DNA of 47,383 bases, taken from a virus. Below the pieces are notes generated by a model. That model ran no database searches, had not been told where the DNA came from, and saw only the letters and a program-made list of their open reading frames with translations. Each line of letters starts with the position of its first letter. Position 1 is the first letter of the stretch. Below, piece after piece: positions 42,664 through 47,383 of the stretch. Where the stretch lies: the IMG/VR virus record IMGVR_UViG_3300027509_000005. The stretch is one strand, 5' to 3'. Both the position numbers and the translations under genes were made by a program.

Positions 42664-42987
42664 TCAATTTTTGCCAAATAAGTGTAGTAATTCTCTGATA
42701 CCATCTATTTTGCCCTGATTATAGATAGCCTTATAAGCTACCTTATCACTGACATCTGTTACGCCTATTTCATAAATATCAATCTCTGCCAAGTCTATTT
42801 TTGACAGATCATCAATCTTTCTTTTCAATGGTCGTACTACAGTATTTTCAAAACTTTCACTTTCCGATAGTCTTTTAAGATACTTTGTTTCTTCGTCAGC
42901 TTCTGTAACGACATTTTTAAGCTCATCAAGAACTTCAACGTCATCTTCAAGGCTGATCTTTTCTTTTATATCTAAAACTTTACCCAT
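42664..42987 (-). CDS. Hypothetical acidic protein, 107 aa (probably leaderless mRNA)
   Basis: The ATG lies 6 nt downstream of TGGTATAAT (42994..43002). No SD. Confidence 0.55.
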   Translation of the reverse strand: MGKVLDIKEKISLEDDVEVLDELKNVVTEADEETKYLKRLSESESFENTVVRPLKRKIDDLSKIDLAEIDIYEIGVTDVSDKVAYKAIYNQGKIDGIRELLHLFGKN

Positions 42988-42993
42988 GTGGAT

Positions 42994-43002
42994 ATTATAC
43001 CA
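42994..43002 (-). promoter_or_regulatory. Extended -10 promoter box TGGTATAAT
   Basis: Lies after the terminator at 43029..43053 and 6 nt before the ATG at 42987. Confidence 0.55.
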
Positions 43003-43028
43003 TAAATACTAAAAGCTATTTGAGTGAC

Positions 43029-43053
43029 TAAAAAAACCCTCGATAGAGAGTTT
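43029..43053 (-). terminator. Intrinsic terminator after the methyltransferase gene
   Basis: AAACTCTC-tatc-GAGGGTTT followed by TTTTTAG. Confidence 0.6.
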
Positions 43054-43115
43054 CATTAGGCAGCTTTCCAAGATTGCTTATAAGGGGTGTAAGTTCGCCT
43101 GGAAGCCTGTTTGTA

Positions 43116-44024
43116 TTATACACTATTTATACGATTCACTGCAATCTCATAATAAGAGCTTTCCAGTTCTATTCCTATAAAGTTTCTTTTGAGCTTTTTA
43201 CATGCAACTCCTGTGCTACCGCTTCCCATCGTGAAATCTAGTACTGTGTCGCCTTCATTTGTGTAAGTCTTTATGAGGTCTTCTAGTAATGCAACGGGCT
43301 TCTGTGTTGGATGATGTCCCGTGTAATCTTTCTTGTATTCGAGCACATTAGATTTATATTTCTTTCCTTCTGGTAAGTTGAATCGTCTGGAGAATCGTCT
43401 GTCGATTTCTTTCAGTTCCTCGTATTTCTTGAAACCCTCCATTTTATCGACCTTGTACATTTCTATGATTTCATCATATGTCTCTTCTGTGCATAGTCCG
43501 AACTGAGTGGAATCAACGTAAAAGAAGTGCTCTGCTCTTCTGTGACCGAGATCGCTGTTTATCTCTTTTAAATCTCTTTTTGTGAATTGCATGATGCTCT
43601 TAACATAATCCCTCAATGGGTGTCCATTTAAAGTGTCGTATTTCTTGAAAAATACGCATATATCTTCCGTGTAGTTAACTGGAGCCTTTTTTGCTGATAG
43701 CGGGCTTGCAAAATGATCTTTTAACCATGTCAATGAATAGCTAAAAGGCAGGTTCCCATGCGATTGACTTATTAGCGTTGTTGTATATGGTTGTTGTGAG
43801 AATAATGAAACGCATCCATTCATCCTTAATATCCTGTTAATATGATGCATCATACTTTTCTGATCTACAGGACAATCCCATTCTGTATCAATTTTTTTAT
43901 AACCGTCCAATTCTATGCCTTTTATAGTCCCATAAGGAGGATCAGTCAAAACCATATCCACTGATCCATCAGCGATATCCTTCATTTTCTCTAAACAATC
44001 GCCCTGTATTAGTTTTATGCTCAT
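43116..44024 (-). CDS. DNA methyltransferase, beta class (N6-adenine or N4-cytosine, PF01555-like)
   Basis: VDMVLTDPPYG (motif IV) is N-terminal. VLDFTMGSGSTGVACKKLKRNFIGIELES (motif I, FxGxG) is C-terminal. Confidence 0.85.
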   Translation of the reverse strand: MSIKLIQGDCLEKMKDIADGSVDMVLTDPPYGTIKGIELDGYKKIDTEWDCPVDQKSMMHHINRILRMNGCVSLFSQQPYTTTLISQSHGNLPFSYSLTWLKDHFASPLSAKKAPVNYTEDICVFFKKYDTLNGHPLRDYVKSIMQFTKRDLKEINSDLGHRRAEHFFYVDSTQFGLCTEETYDEIIEMYKVDKMEGFKKYEELKEIDRRFSRRFNLPEGKKYKSNVLEYKKDYTGHHPTQKPVALLEDLIKTYTNEGDTVLDFTMGSGSTGVACKKLKRNFIGIELESSYYEIAVNRINSV

Positions 44025-44033
44025 TTTTTAACT

Positions 44034-46229
44034 TTAATTTTGTACCGCTTCCTCTGCAAGTGTTGGCCTTGAGATAAGTTGGTCATTGATATCTGCATTT
44101 CCTGCTAGTGGATCTTGAACTTGTCCTACATTAGCGTTTTGAGCTTGTCCACTCTGTTGTGCTATAAGCTGTTGGGCTTGTGCTTGCCTTGCTTGCTGGA
44201 TCAATGCTTGTTTCCTACGTTCTTCTAGTTCTTCTGGAGAATAGTCATACTGGGTGTCATTTCCATCAACAAAGTGGTAAAAGAGATCGTTCATAATCTT
44301 ATTAGGATCTTTGCCAAGTGAGGGGTTTTGTATAGCAAGTTGTAGCATTTGGCTCAGTTCTTGGAATTTCTGTGCTGATTTGTTGTTTTCTATAGTGACA
44401 TCTACCTCTGCCCAGAAGTCCATAGAGTCTATTGCTTTCTTCTTCATGTCTTTGAGACTGATCTTCCATGAAGTCTCACCATAAAACTCTTTCATGTGTT
44501 CTACAGAAAGTGAGATCATTTTATCTATTGTTGCTGCTGCTGGAACTCTAATCAAAGCGTTCTTTTTTGGTTTCCCCTTACCAATCCGTACGCCATCGAC
44601 TATCTTAACGTCTGTGTACTTATCTGCATTTGTAATCCTTGTAGCTTTATCTACAATGCTGTCAAAGTTTTTAATCCAGAACTCGTGCATAAGGAATTGT
44701 CGTACTGCTGACATTGTTCGTGGATCTCCATGTAGCCGCAAGTGATCTTCTTTTGTAGCCTTTCTGAGCCTACGTTTCATGAGTACCTGTGATTTACGTT
44801 CAATAGCCAACCCTTTAACCTCAGCAAAGTGAGAATATGCTGTGTTATCTTCAAAAGCGTTCTGTGATACCTCTGTAGCAGTTCTTTTAAGGCCTTTATT
44901 GAGTCGTGAGAGGCCTGTACCAATCTTTTTCTTTGCTTGGGCTTCTAGGAGGGCTACTCTTTGAGCGTATTCGTTGATAGCTGTAGGGAAGTCTCCAAAC
45001 TGGAACGTCTCATTAGGGCCAATCTGCATAAATCCTCCATCCTTGAAATCGTCCACATCCTTCTGTGTCATCTTAGAGTTACCCTGATATACCATGTAAT
45101 GCTTTAAAGCCTGTCTGTCGGCTTGTGTGCGCTGTATGGAGGCGTGTATAGCGGCTTCTTGCTCTGTTCTAATGATCTGTGGAGGTGCAACGCCTAGAAT
45201 AGAGTTAGAATCATTAAGAAATGACGTAGCAAAGATGTTATTTACTCGTCTAGTCTTACCAAAGATAACTTCCTTATCCCATGCTCTCTGCCGTCCGATC
45301 TCTATTTCACCATTAAGAGCGTTGATCTTCTCATCTTCACCATAATATCCTAAGAACTCTAGCTCTTTCTCTGTGTAGCTTTCGTTTTCATCGAATAAGT
45401 AAGATACATCGAGATAATCTATAAAGCCATTCTCGCATTTAGCGTTCTTTCCTTCTCCAAACTCATGCTGACCGAGGAAACGGATGATCTTAATAGTCTT
45501 ATGCCCTTTGTATTTCTGTAGCTCTACATGACGTTTAATCAGCTTCCGTACATTCTTGTCGTTCGTTTTGACGTACTCACTCATCAAATCGTCTAAGCAT
45601 ACCTCCATACGATATGCCATACGAGCCTCTTGTATATCTGGCTTTGTCCATTCCACAAAGATAAGGTCGAACCAGTCGATAACCTTTTCTTGTGTTGAAA
45701 TATCATCAATATATGTAAAAACAGTAGGGTATTTGAGTACCTGCCATTGCCATTTATTAAGAAACTCACCTTTACGATTGATTCTGTCGTAGTAGTTGTT
45801 TACTTCCCTAATGACAGTAAAAATGCCTTTGTGCATGTCAGTAAAGCCCTCTCCTGGAACAACATTGACGTTTCTTGTGTCTATATCTGAGAAATACATG
45901 ATGTCGCGCACTACTTCAAAGGTGAAGTTAGCGTAAAAGGCTTCTGTCCCATGACAGTCACGCCTCACTGCAAAATGATTAGAGAGAATACTATCTGAGT
46001 AATGGCACTCTTTCTTGTAATTCCTGCAAATGCCAGGATAAATGTAGACATCTTTATCTATACCAAAGTCCTCTTCTAGCTGCGTAAATTCTTCATGTGA
46101 CTTGGCTTCTCTTTTATATTTCTTATCAGAGTCTTTTTTCAGCTCTGATGACATCTCTAGCGCTTGTTCTGTGAGGATAGACTGCATTTCTTCTACAGTA
46201 GAGCCGTCATCGTAATTTTCGTAAAACAT
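44034..46229 (-). CDS. Portal protein (putative)
   Basis: 731 aa. The start overlaps the TerL stop (TAATG). Q/A-rich C-terminal tail. Canonical position. Confidence 0.6.
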   Translation of the reverse strand: MFYENYDDGSTVEEMQSILTEQALEMSSELKKDSDKKYKREAKSHEEFTQLEEDFGIDKDVYIYPGICRNYKKECHYSDSILSNHFAVRRDCHGTEAFYANFTFEVVRDIMYFSDIDTRNVNVVPGEGFTDMHKGIFTVIREVNNYYDRINRKGEFLNKWQWQVLKYPTVFTYIDDISTQEKVIDWFDLIFVEWTKPDIQEARMAYRMEVCLDDLMSEYVKTNDKNVRKLIKRHVELQKYKGHKTIKIIRFLGQHEFGEGKNAKCENGFIDYLDVSYLFDENESYTEKELEFLGYYGEDEKINALNGEIEIGRQRAWDKEVIFGKTRRVNNIFATSFLNDSNSILGVAPPQIIRTEQEAAIHASIQRTQADRQALKHYMVYQGNSKMTQKDVDDFKDGGFMQIGPNETFQFGDFPTAINEYAQRVALLEAQAKKKIGTGLSRLNKGLKRTATEVSQNAFEDNTAYSHFAEVKGLAIERKSQVLMKRRLRKATKEDHLRLHGDPRTMSAVRQFLMHEFWIKNFDSIVDKATRITNADKYTDVKIVDGVRIGKGKPKKNALIRVPAAATIDKMISLSVEHMKEFYGETSWKISLKDMKKKAIDSMDFWAEVDVTIENNKSAQKFQELSQMLQLAIQNPSLGKDPNKIMNDLFYHFVDGNDTQYDYSPEELEERRKQALIQQARQAQAQQLIAQQSGQAQNANVGQVQDPLAGNADINDQLISRPTLAEEAVQN

Positions 46230-47383
46230 TATGTTTTGAATACCTGTACGTTTGATCTTTGTTGCTTATGCACTGATGGAGCGTGTATCACTGCATAACC
46301 TAATGCGTCAAAAGCATTTGATTCATCATCATGAACCACCTTTTTGTCGTTGGCATTTCGTTTATGGACTTTTTTAATATGCGTAATGAGTTGATTGGTG
46401 TTCTCTTTGTGAAATGTCATCTGTTCAGCAAATGTAGCGATTGCTACGATTCTTTGCTGTTCACTGCTTGCTTCCATCACCCTATAATTGATTCCTGCCT
46501 TGCCATAGTAGTCTGCTACTGAATTTTCGCTGACCATAGACTTATGCGTGGAGTCATGCGGTAAAAAGACGCAATCAACACGATAACCACGATTCTTTAT
46601 AACATCTATGTAATGATCTGCAAGTAAGTGCCTGTTCTCGTAGTAATCAATAATACGGAACTCTTGACCGAGAACCTGAACCCACACAAGGCATGTTAAG
46701 TCAGAATATCCAATGTCCTGAAAGACGTATACTGGATTGGTTTTATCACAGGGAAAGAACCCTATTCTACCCTTATTATACCATAAATCGATCTGATCTT
46801 TGAAAATAGCATCTTCATTGACTGCATTAAATGCTTCATGTATTGTTGTAGGATAGTTTTTGTACATTGAGTTAAGAGATTTATCCATCTCTCTGTACTT
46901 TGTATAGTAAAAAGCGATCTCTGCGTCAGAGAGTTCGTGCTTCCTCTGGTATTCGAGCATGATTTCAGGGATAAACTCATACTCAGGTGCTTTCGCTATC
47001 TCTTCATCATCCCATTGCCAGTTATAGAAAACAGGGTAATAATCGTTATCTGTGAGGTTTCCTTGCTCTAAGGCATCTGTAGAGCTTGTGTAGAGCGAGT
47101 GAAACAGGTCTCCTTCGCCATTTGGAGTAGATTCAATGGTAACGTACCCTCCAAGCGGTACAGCCTGTGTAGTCCCATTTAAGACCTCCTGAGCCTTACC
47201 CTTCTGCATCTCTTCCATCTTTGGTAACTCTGAGATATGCGCTCTCGTTGGTGTCATGCCTCTTGCGGACGTAACTACCTGAACGCTGGACTTTTCTATA
47301 GCCTTGCCTAGATTATGCTTAAAAGAGAAAGATGTGACAGTATCTTCTGCAATATCAATTCTTTCTTTTAGCTTTAGATTTAA
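46229..47383 (-). CDS. terL: Terminase large subunit, C-terminal part (5' end continues at 424..128 via the circular junction)
   Basis: ..SARGMTPTRAHISE.. then nuclease-domain motifs FQDIGYSDLTCLVWVQ, FLPHDSTHK and DDESNAFDALGYA. Joined length is 483 aa. Confidence 0.9.
   Translation of the reverse strand, partial: LNLKLKERIDIAEDTVTSFSFKHNLGKAIEKSSVQVVTSARGMTPTRAHISELPKMEEMQKGKAQEVLNGTTQAVPLGGYVTIESTPNGEGDLFHSLYTSSTDALEQGNLTDNDYYPVFYNWQWDDEEIAKAPEYEFIPEIMLEYQRKHELSDAEIAFYYTKYREMDKSLNSMYKNYPTTIHEAFNAVNEDAIFKDQIDLWYNKGRIGFFPCDKTNPVYVFQDIGYSDLTCLVWVQVLGQEFRIIDYYENRHLLADHYIDVIKNRGYRVDCVFLPHDSTHKSMVSENSVADYYGKAGINYRVMEASSEQQRIVAIATFAEQMTFHKENTNQLITHIKKVHKRNANDKKVVHDDESNAFDALGYAVIHAPSVHKQQRSNVQVFKT
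47257..47383. repeat. Right copy of the 127-bp terminal overlap
   Basis: Identical to 1..127 by direct comparison. Confidence 0.95.

Noticed and set aside
405-46522. All plus-strand ORFs in the track (for example 405..587, 4085..4456, 11036..11362, 21952..22416, 29811..30206, 32184..32693, 35722..36153, 39004..39318)
   Set aside because: Each lies antisense inside a longer, well-supported minus-strand gene. Their composition is low-complexity and S/F/L/C-rich, typical of shadow frames. None has a promoter or RBS context.
11293-46980. Nested minus-strand ORFs in alternative frames (11293..11502, 23760..23954, 40633..40893, 41206..41448, 46762..46980, 16695..16880)
   Set aside because: They are fully contained in, or heavily overlap, longer ORFs that have recognisable domains or better start context. 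There is no independent signal. For 16695..16880, the competing 16738..16923 ORF has an ATGA coupling and a zinc-ribbon motif.
1-47383. CRISPR array, diversity-generating retroelement, integrase/attP, toxin-antitoxin pair, or stop-codon recoding
   Set aside because: I saw no spaced direct repeats. There is no reverse-transcriptase YxDD motif or template/variable repeat pair near the fibers, and no tyrosine or serine recombinase motifs. ORFs are long and contiguous under the standard code, so no TGA or TAG reassignment is needed.

Overview
The window is a complete, circularly closed genome of a tailed dsDNA phage, about 47.26 kb long. The first 127 bp are identical to the last 127 bp, and the large-terminase ORF reads in frame across that junction. 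Every credible gene lies on the minus strand, and genes are tightly packed, often with ATGA or TAATG overlaps.

Reading in the direction of transcription (descending coordinates):
- **Early region (about 16.7 kb down to 1 kb):** it starts at consensus sigma70-type promoters around 16.7-16.4 kb. It encodes a small HTH protein, a 3D-domain muralytic protein, a YqaJ-type exonuclease, NinB-like and RusA-like recombination proteins and a secreted DUF5648-repeat protein. It also encodes a replisome-organizer-like gene with internal 22-bp iterons, plus many small Cys-rich or zinc-ribbon ORFs.
- **Packaging:** TerS, a tRNA-Asn(GTT), an HNH endonuclease, then TerL across the junction.
- **Virion module:** portal, a DPPY DNA methyltransferase, scaffold, major capsid, a tail-collar protein and two Cys-free internal proteins. 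A glutaredoxin-like/J-like fusion follows. The tail proteins after it include a long fiber with YadA-like repeats, a beta-helix spike and a GH5-like protein.
- **Lysis region and cassette:** a soluble PAP2/haloperoxidase-like enzyme, two holins and an M23 endolysin. These are followed by a small promoter/terminator-insulated cassette.

I found no tail tube, sheath or clear tape-measure protein, so a short-tailed morphology is plausible. I also found no DNA polymerase, helicase, primase, integrase, repressor, CRISPR array or reverse transcriptase.

Most interesting observations:
1. Exposed virion proteins are unusually cysteine-rich, while the scaffold and presumed internal proteins have no Cys. 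A Grx-like CxxC plus J-like (HKD) fusion gene sits inside the structural module and is a candidate redox/chaperone assembly system.
2. A soluble enzyme with all three PAP2 motifs lies immediately upstream of the holins.
3. The M23 endolysin has its two catalytic halves in swapped order.
4. Regulatory DNA is well defined: a TGnTATAAT promoter family with a shared 16-nt box, probable leaderless late mRNAs, iterons, and a promoter followed by a long hairpin upstream of the replication gene.

All functional calls come from motif recognition by eye. No database search was run.
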